From Opitutales bacterium (GTDB taxonomy: Bacteria > Verrucomicrobiota > Verrucomicrobiia > Opitutales > UBA2987), in the NCBI GenBank assembly GCA_965226885.1, contig CBDDEL010000015.1:128001-192000 (forward strand): a DNA stretch of 64,000 nucleotides, read 5' to 3'. The translations under genes and the position numbers were made by a program. The notes under the pieces are model-generated. The model saw only the letters and a list, made by a program, of their open reading frames with translations. It did no database searches and was not told the origin of the DNA. Shown in pieces: positions 1 through 9,594 of this stretch. Numbering within the stretch: position 1 is the first letter of the stretch; each line of letters begins with the position of its first letter.

Positions 1-3000
1 GCGGTGTCGGAATAAATATTGATGTCGTCCCCATCGCTGTTGGCTGGCCAGAGTCCTATGACGGCGTTGGCCCTCATGCGTTTTTTGCGAATAATATCGT
101 CAAACATCTCCTGGGCTTCGGTATAGAGTTCACGGGCCTGTTCGCCATGCCTGGGGTGGTCGAGAATTTTAGGAAAAACGCCCCTTAAATCCCAGGCCCA
201 GAAAAACGGCGACCAATCGACGTAACCGGCAATTTCCTCCAGCGGATAATCGTTGAAAACCTGCACCCCGTATTGCGCTGGTTCGACCAAACTCGCATTC
301 TCCCAATCGATGCGGATTTTTCCTTCCCGCGCTTCCGCCAGAGAAACCAGTTGAACAGGGTCCTTTTTCCCTTGGCGGATGCGCAACCTCTCATATTCCT
401 GCCGTGTGTTTTGGACATAAGCCTCCTTTTTTTCCGCATTGAGCAAATGGCTGCAAACCTCCGTCACCCTGGAAGCATCGATTACATGATGGACCGGACC
501 GGTGTAGAGCGGGGCAATTCTAATCGCCGTGTGCAGTTTGCTCGTGGTGGCGCCGCCGATGAGCAGCGGCGTGTCCATGCCCAGCCGGGCCATTTCCTCG
601 GCCACATGCTCCATTTCCCCCAGCGAAGGCGTAATCAGGCCGCTCAGCCCGATCAGGTCGGCCGCCCGACTGCGGGCCGTTTCCAGGATTTTCTCACACG
701 GGACCATCACGCCGAGATCGATCACCTCGTAGTTGTTGCAGGAAAGAATCACTTCCACGATTTTCTTGCCGATGTCGTGCACGTCGCCCCGCACCGTGGC
801 CAGGACTATTTTCCCCCGCGACAGACTTTTCTGCGAGGATTCTTTTTCGGCCTCCATATAAGGCATCAGGTAGGCCACCGCTTTTTTCATCACCCGGGCA
901 CTCTTGACCACCTGGGGTAGAAACATTTTTCCCGCCCCGAAAAGATCGCCCACGATTTTCATGCCATCCATCAGCGGGCCCTCGATGACGTGCAGAGGAC
1001 GGTCGTATTTTACCCGCGCCTCCTCCGTATCCTCCTCGATAAACGCGGTGATTCCCCGCACCAAGGAATGGCTAAGGCGTTTTTCAACCGTTTCCTCCCG
1101 CCAGGCCAACCGCTCCTTCTGGTCGATTTTTTTGCCGTCACCCTTAACCTGCTCGGCAAATTCGAGCAGCCGGTCGGTGGCGTCCTTTCTGCGATTGAAG
1201 AGAACATCCTCCACTTTCTCCAGAAGGTCTTTGGGGATTTCCTCGTAAACGGCCAACATCCCGGCATTGACGATGGCCATGTCCAGCCCTGCCTGGATGC
1301 CGTGGTAGAGAAAAGACGAATGCATGGCCTCGCGGATCACATTGTTGCCGCGAAAGGAAAACGATACGTTGCTCAGGCCGCCGCTGACCCGAACATGGGG
1401 GCAAGCCGCCTTGATCTCCGGGATCGCCTGGAGATAGTTTTTGGCGTAATCGTTATGCTCCTCCATGCCCGTGGCCACCGTCAGGATGTTGGGATCGAAA
1501 ATAATATCGGTGGCCGAAAGACCGGCTTTTTCCGTCAGCAGCCTATAAGCGCGACGGCAAATTTTCACCTTGTCCTCCTTGCCCGCCGCCTGGCCTTTTT
1601 CGTCGAAAGCCATCACCACGACGGCCGCCCCGTAGCGCCGGGCCAGCCGGGCCTGCCGCAGAAATTCCTCCTCCCCGCCTTTCAAACTGATGGAGTTGAC
1701 CACGCATTTGCCCTGCGCGCATTTGAGGCCCGCCTCGATCACCTCCCAATCGGAACTGTCGATCATGATTGGGACCCTTGAAATATCCGGTTCGGCCCCG
1801 ATTTGGTTCAAAAAAGTCGTCATGCAAGCCGGGCCGTCGAGCAAACCATCGTCGAAATTAACATCGATCATATTGGCCCCGTTTTCCACCTGCTGGCGGG
1901 CCACATCCAGGGCGGCCTCAAAATCCTCGTTTTTGATGAGCTTGCGGAAACGGGCCGAACCGGTCACATTGGTCCGCTCCCCGATCATCAAAAAGGGCGC
2001 ATAGGATCCCTTCAAATTGAGCGCCTCCAGACCGCTGTAACGGGAGGCAGGGGCAATATCGCGAATCTGCCGGGGTTTGAAATCCCCAACCGCACGGGCG
2101 ATGGCCCGGATATGGTCCGGGGTGCTCCCGCAGCAGCCCCCCACCAGGTTCAGCCAGCCCTCCCTGGCGAAATCGGCCAGCACCACCGCCATGTGTTCCG
2201 GGGTGTCGTCATATTCGCCGAAAGCGTTGGGCAGACCGGCATTGGGATAACAGCTCACAAAAGTATCCGCAATCCAGGACAACTCCTCGATGTAGGGCCG
2301 CATCTCATCGGCCCCCAAGGCACAATTGATCCCCACGCTGATCGGCCTGGCATGGGCAACCGAGTTCCAGAACGCCTCCACCGTCTGGCCCGACAAGGTG
2401 CGCCCCGAGGCGTCCGTAATGGTGACCGAAATCATCAGCGGTAACCTCTCCCGTCCGCTATCCCACAATTGCTCGATGGCAAACAAGGCCGCTTTCAAAT
2501 TAAGGGTGTCGAAAACGGTTTCCGGCAGTAGGATATCGACGCCGCCATCGACCAGCCCCCGGGCCTGCTCGCAGTAAGATTCCACCAGTTGGTCGAAAGT
2601 CACCGCCCGGAACCCCGGATTGTTCACATCCGGCGAGAGCGAAGCCGTCTTATTGGTCGGCCCCAGCGCCCCCGCCACAAAGCACTGGCGGCCGGGATTT
2701 TCCGCCACGAACTGATCGACCGTCTTCCGGGCCAGCTCGGCCGCGCTGCGATTGATTTCATAAGCCAGACCCTCCAACCCGTAATCGGCCTGGGCGATGC
2801 TCGTGCCGTTAAAAGTGTTCGTCTCGATAATATCCGAACCGGCCTCCAGAAAACCTCGATGGATGCGCTCGATAGCCTCCGGGCGCGTAATACAGAGCAG
2901 ATCATTGTCGCCCTTCAAGTCCTTTGGGTGGTCCTTGAAACGCTCACCCCGAAAATCCTCCTCCCCGAAATCGTATTTCTGGATCATCGTCCCCATCGCC

Positions 3001-3113
3001 CCGTCCAGCAGCAAAATGCGCTCTGCCAACAGCTTCTTTAGGGCAATCTCCCGCTCCGTCAGCACACGCCGACAGCCACCGGTAGCTTCTTCATTGAGGG
3101 CCGGGTTTTTCAT
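1..3113 (-). CDS. metH: Cobalamin-dependent methionine synthase (5' part; runs off the window start)
   Basis: Manual translation from ATG at 3113 gives [43 protein letters not shown]. Downstream motifs include [21 protein letters not shown] and [12 protein letters not shown] (cobalamin-binding). Absent from the ORF track because no stop lies in the window. Confidence 0.95.
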   Translation of the reverse strand, partial: MKNPALNEEATGGCRRVLTEREIALKKLLAERILLLDGAMGTMIQKYDFGEEDFRGERFKDHPKDLKGDNDLLCITRPEAIERIHRGFLEAGSDIIETNTFNGTSIAQADYGLEGLAYEINRSAAELARKTVDQFVAENPGRQCFVAGALGPTNKTASLSPDVNNPGFRAVTFDQLVESYCEQARGLVDGGVDILLPETVFDTLNLKAALFAIEQLWDSGRERLPLMISVTITDASGRTLSGQTVEAFWNSVAHARPISVGINCALGADEMRPYIEELSWIADTFVSCYPNAGLPNAFGEYDDTPEHMAVVLADFAREGWLNLVGGCCGSTPDHIRAIARAVGDFKPRQIRDIAPASRYSGLEALNLKGSYAPFLMIGERTNVTGSARFRKLIKNEDFEAALDVARQQVENGANMIDVNFDDGLLDGPACMTTFLNQIGAEPDISRVPIMIDSSDWEVIEAGLKCAQGKCVVNSISLKGGEEEFLRQARLARRYGAAVVVMAFDEKGQAAGKEDKVKICRRAYRLLTEKAGLSATDIIFDPNILTVATGMEEHNDYAKNYLQAIPEIKAACPHVRVSGGLSNVSFSFRGNNVIREAMHSSFLYHGIQAGLDMAIVNAGMLAVYEEIPKDLLEKVEDVLFNRRKDATDRLLEFAEQVKGDGKKIDQKERLAWREETVEKRLSHSLVRGITAFIEEDTEEARVKYDRPLHVIEGPLMDGMKIVGDLFGAGKMFLPQVVKSARVMKKAVAYLMPYMEAEKESSQKSLSRGKIVLATVRGDVHDIGKKIVEVILSCNNYEVIDLGVMVPCEKILETARSRAADLIGLSGLITPSLGEMEHVAEEMARLGMDTPLLIGGATTSKLHTAIRIAPLYTGPVHHVIDASRVTEVCSHLLNAEKKEAYVQNTRQEYERLRIRQGKKDPVQLVSLAEAREGKIRIDWENASLVEPAQYGVQVFNDYPLEEIAGYVDWSPFFWAWDLRGVFPKILDHPRHGEQARELYTEAQEMFDDIIRKKRMRANAVIGLWPANSDGDDINIYSDT

Positions 3114-3121
3114 TAATCAAT

Positions 3122-3150
3122 ATATCCGTATATCTTGATATATAAGTCAA
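3122..3150 (-). promoter_or_regulatory. Putative SahR-type operator and -35 box upstream of metH
   Basis: 20-bp imperfect palindrome ATATCAAG-ATAT-ACGGATAT (minus strand, 3122-3141), 8 bp upstream of the ATG, next to TTGACT (3145-3150). Confidence 0.55.
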
Positions 3151-3253
3151 GAGTTTTCTCTTAATTGCCAGTTATCGGTCATTTTCCAACATATTCTCCA
3201 TAATTTCCAAGAAGCGCCCGAAAAGTCCAAAATTATCTCAATTTCCTCATCCC

Positions 3254-3289
3254 CAGAAGCTCCGCCGCGTTCAGAAGCTCCGCCGCGTT
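3254..3289. repeat. 18-bp perfect tandem duplication
   Basis: CAGAAGCTCCGCCGCGTT x2. Confidence 0.9.
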
Positions 3290-3475
3290 CATGAGAGGCT
3301 TATACCACAAAAAAAGGAAAACGTCAATGGATAGGTTGGCTCCGTTTGATGCGTTTGAATAAACTTCGATTTTCGGGGTATTTTTCGCCAAAAAAACCAA
3401 ATTTCACCTAAAAAGCACCCTCCTGACAGATAAAAAACCGCCAATCACCGATAATATACCCCAAAATATCGTAAA

Positions 3476-3565
3476 ACCGCAGATCGCACAGATAAACACA
3501 GTTAATAAAAAAGCATATTTACCACTACTGCATAATTATCTGTGTCCATCTGTGTAATCTGTGGT
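3476..3565. repeat. Inverted-repeat element with 9-bp periodic ACAGAT/ATCTGT arms
   Basis: accgcagatcgcacagataaacacag ... ctgtgtccatctgtgtaatctgtggt. Confidence 0.7.
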
Positions 3566-3574
3566 AAAAAATTA

Positions 3575-3603
3575 GGTAGTGTATTCCTACTTAATACACT
3601 ACC
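3575..3603. mobile_element. 29-bp IS1-family scar (two terminal inverted repeats fused)
   Basis: Reverse complement GGTAGTGTATTAAGTAGGAAT-ACACTACC. The first 21 bp are identical to the IS1 end at 47582 and the tail matches the opposite end at 48374-48383. Confidence 0.75.
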
Positions 3604-3823
3604 TAAAAAAGTATAAATATCATATAATTTCATATTTGTTCCGTAAAGAATGTAAACGCCGGGATGAAACCGGTACGGGGGTCGGGGTAAAACCGGTACG
3701 CTTGGAATAAGGTTTAGGTTAGTAATTGCAGGTACGTCAAGGTTTAGGGTTTGGGAGTTGGTTTTGGGGATTGGCTTGGGGTCGGTGAGGAGGCCGGAGG
3801 CCGACGAGCCGGGCCCAAGGCGT

Positions 3824-4591
3824 TTATTGTTTTGTGCCACGGCGACGGCGTCGAGCATCGCGCAAGCGGTAGCTTTGCCCGTTGGCTTCGAGGATATGCA
3901 CCCGATGGGTGAGTCGGTCCAGCAGAGCTCCGGTGAGCCGTTCGGAACCGAGCACTTCGATCTAGTTCTCAAAGGGCAGGTTGGTGGTGACGATGAGACT
4001 GGTGCGCTCGTAAGCGCGGCTGACCACGTCGAAGAGCAGTTCGGAACCGGTCTTGGAAAAAGGGACGTAACCGAGTTCGTCGAGGATGAGTAGGTCGAGC
4101 CTTTCGAGTTGCTTCATGAAGCGCTGCAGGTCGTGGTTGTCGCGTTGCTCGAGCATATGGGTAACCAGGGCGGTGACCCCGAAGAAACGGATCCGCCGGC
4201 CCTGGGCACAGGCGGCAAAGCCCAGGGCGGTGGCCAGGTGCGTTTTACCGGTACCGGCGTTACCGAGGAGCAGCACGTTTTCGCGCTGGTCGACATACTC
4301 CCCGCGCATGAGCTCTCGGATGAGCGCTTCGTTGATCGAGGGCTGCGCTTCAAAGGCGAAGCTCTCGAGGGTCTTGAGCACGGGGAAACGGGCGTTTTTG
4401 ATCCGCCGCTGGGCGGCCCGCTGTTCGCGTTCAATGAGCTCCCGTTCGACCAGATGCAACAAAAAGGCGGCGTAATCGAGCCGGTCCCGGGAACAAGCCG
4501 CGGCCACCGCCGGCCATTCGCGCAGGATGGTGGGCAACTTCAGTTTCTTGAGGTGATGGTGTAACAGCAGCTGGTTTTTTTCTTCCTTCAT
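3824..4591 (-). pseudogene. istB: IS21 helper ATPase IstB with premature amber stop
   Basis: Walker A GNAGTGKT and Walker B LLILDELG. TAG at 3962-3964 (TTNLPFEN*), after which the frame continues [28 protein letters not shown] to TAA at 3824. Confidence 0.88.
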
Positions 4592-6093
4592 AAAGCCCCT
4601 CCTGGAATCTTGAGCAGTTCGCTGTAGGCACCGAGGTCAGGGGCGGCCACACGGACGTGACGCAGGTGTGGATGGCCGTCCAGCCGGAAGGTTCTGCTCC
4701 CGTAGTCTTCCTGAGGATAGAGATACTGGGCGATGGCCTCACGAGTCAGTCCCCCCACCCGCAGGGCCGAGACGACGGCCTGCTGCAAGGCCGCCATGGG
4801 GTGTTTCTCCAACAGCCGCAGCACCCGGATATACTCCCGGGTGCCTTCGCCCCCGCATTGGCTTTCGAGCCGGCGTCTGAGGACCTGCAGGCACTGCGGC
4901 AACTGCCAGCCCGAGAGTGGGCGGGCGAAGTCCAAAGCGCCCGGTTTTTTCTCCAGCAAAGCCAGGTAGTGCACCGGCTCGAAAGAGACTTGCTCTTTAT
5001 CCCAAATGCGGCGGTGCCGGGCCACCTCTTGGCCCCCACAGAAGATCACCACCTGCCGACAGGACCCTTCCACCACCACCGGATGGTGGGCGCAGCGCAC
5101 CGGCACCGAATAGTCGTTGCACTCGAAGCGCACCAGCGAGAGGCTGCTGACGCAGGTCGAGCGTTTGCGGCTCGCTTCAAAGGGTATGGGCGGCAACGCC
5201 AGCATGACGGCGCGCTCCTCGGCCAGCAGTTCCTTTTTCACCGCCCTTTTCCCGCGTAATTTACGCTCCATGTCCCGCTCACATGCCTCCAACAGCTTTG
5301 CGTTGAGTTCCTCCAGGTCCCGAACCTGCGGTACCGGTACCAGGAAGTTGGCCCGGGCATAACGCACGATCCCCTCGACCACGCCCTTCTCGTTGGGCCG
5401 GGCGGGCAGACAGAAGTGTTCCTCGAACAGGTAATGGCTCTGTAGCTGCAGAAACCCGTCGGTCAGCTTGCGTTCACGCGAACCGATAATCTTACCCACC
5501 GCCACCTTCGAGTTGTCATAGCTGATGCGCCGGGGCACCGCCCCGAAAAACTCAAAAGCTCGCAGGTGCCCCTCCCAGAAGCTCTCCGTGCACTCCCGTT
5601 CGAACACCTGCACGAAAAAGGCATCGCTGTAGGGCAGGCTCATGGCAAAAAATGGCCGCCTACGCAATTGCCCCGCCTCCTTCACCAGGGCATGACCGAA
5701 GTCCACCTGTCCCTCCCCGGGGCGGTGCTCCAGCGGCACGAACACTTCCCGCCGCCTCGCTCGCAGCTCGGCCACCACCTCCTTGACCGCCGTGTAGCCC
5801 CCTTGGTAGCCCTTCTCCCGACCCAAACGCTGGTAGATCCGTTTGGCCGTATGGCGCTGCTTCTTGGGCACGTTCCGGTCCGCTTTGAGCACCTCCTCGA
5901 TCCAGCCCACATACGGATCGATCTTGCGCTCTCGCCTCTTCTTGCGCCGGTATCCCGGCGGCTGGGAATAGGCCAGCATCTTTCCCAGGGTCTCCCAGTG
6001 CAGTCCCTCTTCTCGCATTACAGAGCGCTTGCTCTGCTTGTCCCGCAGCACTTTGTGCCGCACTCTTGTCCATTGCTTCATATCTCGATACAC
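4588..6093 (-). CDS. istA: IS21 transposase IstA
   Basis: PGEGQVDFG, ISYDN and ARPNEKGVVEG motifs; 501 aa; overlaps the istB start. Confidence 0.93.
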   Translation of the reverse strand: MYRDMKQWTRVRHKVLRDKQSKRSVMREEGLHWETLGKMLAYSQPPGYRRKKRRERKIDPYVGWIEEVLKADRNVPKKQRHTAKRIYQRLGREKGYQGGYTAVKEVVAELRARRREVFVPLEHRPGEGQVDFGHALVKEAGQLRRRPFFAMSLPYSDAFFVQVFERECTESFWEGHLRAFEFFGAVPRRISYDNSKVAVGKIIGSRERKLTDGFLQLQSHYLFEEHFCLPARPNEKGVVEGIVRYARANFLVPVPQVRDLEELNAKLLEACERDMERKLRGKRAVKKELLAEERAVMLALPPIPFEASRKRSTCVSSLSLVRFECNDYSVPVRCAHHPVVVEGSCRQVVIFCGGQEVARHRRIWDKEQVSFEPVHYLALLEKKPGALDFARPLSGWQLPQCLQVLRRRLESQCGGEGTREYIRVLRLLEKHPMAALQQAVVSALRVGGLTREAIAQYLYPQEDYGSRTFRLDGHPHLRHVRVAAPDLGAYSELLKIPGGAL

Positions 6094-6167
6094 TCCTCCT
6101 TTCTAGGATAAGCGTACCGGTTTTAAAGCGCCCTCTTTACCGTACCGGTTTTTCCCCGGCGTTTACA

Positions 6168-6937
6168 TTGGCGGCCGCCAGGTGAAAAACGCAGAGAAAG
6201 TCTTGAGTGTTTACGAACTCGATGTGCAGGTGATTGTGCGAGGTAAAGCGGGCCAAGAGGTCGAGTTCGGCAACACCCTGTTTTTGGGAGAAAGCGTTGA
6301 AGGGTACCTGCTGGACTGGAAACTCTACGGCAGCCGAACTCCAAGCGAAAATGAACAAATGCAAGAGAGTTTGCAAAGACAGAACCGCTTCAACCTGGAA
6401 GAACCCATAGCGGCCATGTGCGCGGACCGGGGATTTGCCTCCCAGCGGGCCCGCCGGCAGTTAGCCCAGGAGGGAATCTACGACGCGCTCTGTCCACGCG
6501 ATCCGAAGCAGTTGAAAAAACGGATGGAGGAACCACTGTTCAGACAATTGCAAAAGCGCCGGGCCAGCACCGAAGGGCGGATCGGGGTATTGAAGAATCG
6601 CTGGCAGGCCGGGCGGTTGCGCAGCAAAGGCTTTGCCAACCGCTCGATCAGCGTAGCCTGGTCGGTACTCTCGCACAACCTATGGAAAGTAGCCAAGATG
6701 CTGGCCCAGCAAGACGAACTAAAAACCAAAGCGGCGGCCTAGAGAGCGGAAAAGCAAGGACAATACTTTTTCACAGCCTTACTGTCGGCTCATACAAAGA
6801 AAACCAGGCAACCGGACCCCAAAACCAGTATCCTAACGTCATAGGAGAGCAAAGTTGATACTCTCCCAAATGCAAATACCTCTAAAATGAGCGCCTATCA
6901 AAAGCCCTCGCAAAAATCACCCTTTTGGGACAGCCTC
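6168..6937 (+). mobile_element. 3' fragment of IS5-like element (near-identical to the copy at 7356-9160)
   Basis: Encodes the C-terminal 186 aa of the 489-aa transposase and ends in TTTTGGGACAGCCTC. Its 5' side is cut exactly at the IS21 terminal CA. Confidence 0.9.
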
Positions 6938-7001
6938 TAGGATAAGCGTACCGGTTTTAAAGCGCCCTCTTTACCGTACCGGTTTTTCCCCGGCGTTTAC
7001 A

Positions 7002-7249
7002 GTAAAGAACCCTTTTCGGGTTAACCTTATTCGACTTCTCACGGTATAATTGTTCCGTTTGCTGTTTCAAAATTTCAAGAGCTTCAGCTGCTTGTTCAGG
7101 AGAACCGTTAAAGTAAAGATCTCCTGCTCTATCGTAAAGGCTCTATCGTAAAGGCTATAGTAATCAGGTCTCTGCTCTTTATTGCAGCTAGAGAAACCTA
7201 ATACCAGCATTCCAATAAAACATATTCCTAATTTGGATAATTTCTTCAT
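7002..7249 (-). pseudogene. AT-rich small lipoprotein gene, frameshifted and split by IS21 (continues at 3604-3642)
   Basis: Lipobox LGFSSC. A 14-bp duplication (7126-7153) shifts the frame. Removing it and the IS21 gives ...YSLYDRAGDLYFNGSPEQAAEALEILKQQTEQLYREKSNKVNPKRVLYGTNMKLYDIYTFL. Confidence 0.65.
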
Positions 7250-7355
7250 TTTCCTCTTAATACTTTTCAGACTGGATTATTAAGTGCTTTTTGATATTGT
7301 TGGCCCAACTAGCAAAAGGGGTTATAAGAACTCAATGTTCATAATTCATATTCTA

Positions 7356-9160
7356 GAGGCTGTCCCAAAAGGGTGATTTTTGCGAGGGCTTTTGATAGGC
7401 GCTCATTTTAGAGGTATTTGCATTTGGGAGAGTATCAACTTTGCTCTCCTATGACGTTAGGATACTGGTTTTGGGGTCCGGTTGCCTGGTTTTCTTTGTA
7501 TGAGCCGACAGTACGGCTGTGAAAAAGTATTGTCCTTGCTTTTCCGCTCTCTAGGCCGCCGCTTTGGTTTTTAGTTCGTCTTGCTGGGCCAGCATCTTGG
7601 CTACTTTCCATAGGTTGTGCGAGAGTACCGACCAGGCTACGCTGATCGAGCGGTTGGCAAAGCCTTTGCTGCGCAACCGCCCGGCCTGCCAGCGATTCTT
7701 CAATACCCCGATCCGCCCTTCGGTGCTGGCCCGGCGCTTTTGCAATTGTCTGAACAGTGGTTCCTCCATCCGTTTTTTCAACTGCTTCGGATCGCGTGGA
7801 CAGAGCGCGTCGTAGATTCCCTCCTGGGCTAACTGCCGGCGGGCCCGCTGGGAGGCAAATCCCCGGTCCGCGCACATGGCCGCTATGGGTTCTTCCAGGT
7901 TGAAGCGGTTCTGTCTTTGCAAACTCTCTTGCATTTGTTCATTTTCGCTTGGAGTTCGGCTGCCGTAGAGTTTCCAGTCCAGCAGGTACCCTTCAACGCT
8001 TTCTCCCAAAAACAGGGTGTTGCCGAACTCGACCTCTTGGCCCGCTTTACCTCGCACAATCACCTGCACATCGAGTTCGTAAACACTCAAGACTTTCTCT
8101 GCGTTTTTCACCTGGCGGCCGCCAATGATCCGCTCGTGCGCCTGTTTGATGACCACCGGGATTTGCTCGCTCATGCGCTCCATCCGGGCGAGGATCTGTT
8201 GGACCTGTTTTTCGCTGTAATCGCTTTGCTCCCAGCAGGCTTGCAATAATTCCCGGTGACTGCGGGCATGCTCCCCGATCCGTTTGAGCAGCTTTTTCAT
8301 CTGCCTCAAGATACCCTTGCGCTGCCGCTCGCTGTCCTTTCGCCGCCGGCTGTGGGTCATCTGTATGCACAGCCGATTCATCTGCCGAGCCAAGGGCTCC
8401 GGTTCGATCGGCATGCGATGGCGCACACCGGCCTTCTCGCGGATCAGCCGGATCGCTTTGAGCAACGTGCCGGCTACATCCTTGAGTAATACCCAGTCCG
8501 TCGGCCAATGAATGTTAGCCTCCAAACAGGTGCCGTCGATCAGGCAAATGGTGGTGTCAATCGGCTTGTCCAATCCCACCTGCCGGGCCAGAAGGGCATC
8601 GGCCACCACCTCAGTCAAGGTCCGGTGCAAGGCCCTCAACTGCTCTTCGCTGAAAAACTTCGAGGCCCGCTCCAGGGTGCTTTTGGAGATGCCCCTGATG
8701 CCATCGATCTGCCGGACACGGCAAAAGTCGGCCAACAGATCGCTGCTGCCCAGAGCCCGCGACAGATGCCGAAACGAAATCCCTCCGAGCAGACGGCCCA
8801 GCGTATCCATGCGCAGTGCCTTGATGGCAAAACTGGCCCGCTGCCGCCGGGCCTTTAGACCCATTGGCGGCCACCCCTCCAAGGCCTGCGATTCCACCTC
8901 CGAGTCGATCAGCAGCCGATCGATTCGATCAATGGTGGCGCGGAAGTTATCGTAATCGAGGCACCGGTCGACCACAGTTAAAGCTGGACGCAGGAGGCAT
9001 TGGATGGCTATATTTTTCATAGAAAGGGCTATATTGATTTTCGCTAACTCAATTATAGAACCCTTTTTTGGCCGGATCGAGCAAAAACTTGCTCTTTCCG
9101 GCTCTTTTTATCAACGTCATCCAGTTGACTATAAAATCTTTATATTTTTGGGACAGCCTC
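7356..9160 (-). mobile_element. Complete IS5-like/ISNCY DDE element
   Basis: 15-bp inverted repeats GAGGCTGTCCCAAAA; 7-bp target duplication TATTCTA (7349-7355, 9161-9167). Confidence 0.9.
7551..9020 (-). CDS. DDE transposase (IS5-like/ISNCY)
   Basis: IDGTCLEANIHWPTD, RGKAGQEVEFG, ADRGF and RASTEGRIG motifs; 489 aa. Confidence 0.88.
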   Translation of the reverse strand: MKNIAIQCLLRPALTVVDRCLDYDNFRATIDRIDRLLIDSEVESQALEGWPPMGLKARRQRASFAIKALRMDTLGRLLGGISFRHLSRALGSSDLLADFCRVRQIDGIRGISKSTLERASKFFSEEQLRALHRTLTEVVADALLARQVGLDKPIDTTICLIDGTCLEANIHWPTDWVLLKDVAGTLLKAIRLIREKAGVRHRMPIEPEPLARQMNRLCIQMTHSRRRKDSERQRKGILRQMKKLLKRIGEHARSHRELLQACWEQSDYSEKQVQQILARMERMSEQIPVVIKQAHERIIGGRQVKNAEKVLSVYELDVQVIVRGKAGQEVEFGNTLFLGESVEGYLLDWKLYGSRTPSENEQMQESLQRQNRFNLEEPIAAMCADRGFASQRARRQLAQEGIYDALCPRDPKQLKKRMEEPLFRQLQKRRASTEGRIGVLKNRWQAGRLRSKGFANRSISVAWSVLSHNLWKVAKMLAQQDELKTKAAA

Positions 9161-9420
9161 TATTCTATGTGTCCAGAAACGTTTTTGAACCTATGAGTTC
9201 TTCTCAATCCTCCGTTTATCAATTCAATATGCAATTAAAAAACCGACCAGCCTCTCCGGCTGTGGAGGAGCGAATTTAAAAGCATCGCCTCTCGGTTCGA
9301 CTCTTGACAAAAACACTTTTTGTTTCCTTCCCATATTGACGATTCCGTTAAAAATCCCGCGAAAACCCCCGAAGAGTCATTATTTTAAAAACCGTGATGA
9401 AATTTCCACTTCATAATACA

Positions 9421-9488
9421 TGTTCATCCGTGAAATCCGTGGTCAAAAATATACCTCCCTACTCATCTGCGTTATCTGCGGTTCAAAA
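9421..9488. repeat. Half-copies of the ATCyGy periodic element seen at 3476-3565
   Basis: tgttcatccgtgaaatccgtggtcaaaa and catctgcgttatctgcggttcaaaa. Confidence 0.6.
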
Positions 9489-9594
9489 CATCCCCATCCT
9501 GACTAAAGACAGACGCCTCCGAAGCGCCCACTTCCTCCGCACCATCTGGTAATCGGGATTTTACTCCTCGACCTCAAGTCAGTTAAATACATAA

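Larger units (their letters stand above)
3651..7001 (-). mobile_element. IS21-family element with duplicated left end enclosing an IS5-like fragment
   Basis: TGTAAACGCCGGG...CCCGGCGTTTACA termini with internal AAACCGGTACG repeats. 8-bp target duplication GTAAAGAA at 3643-3650 and 7002-7009. Left end present twice (6104-6167, 6938-7001). Confidence 0.92.

Noticed and set aside
273..3041. Several long plus-strand ORFs in the track
   Set aside because: They are antisense shadows of metH, which is encoded on the minus strand.
3114..3470. SAM or cobalamin riboswitch upstream of metH
   Set aside because: No recognisable conserved core by eye; an Rfam/Infernal scan would settle it.
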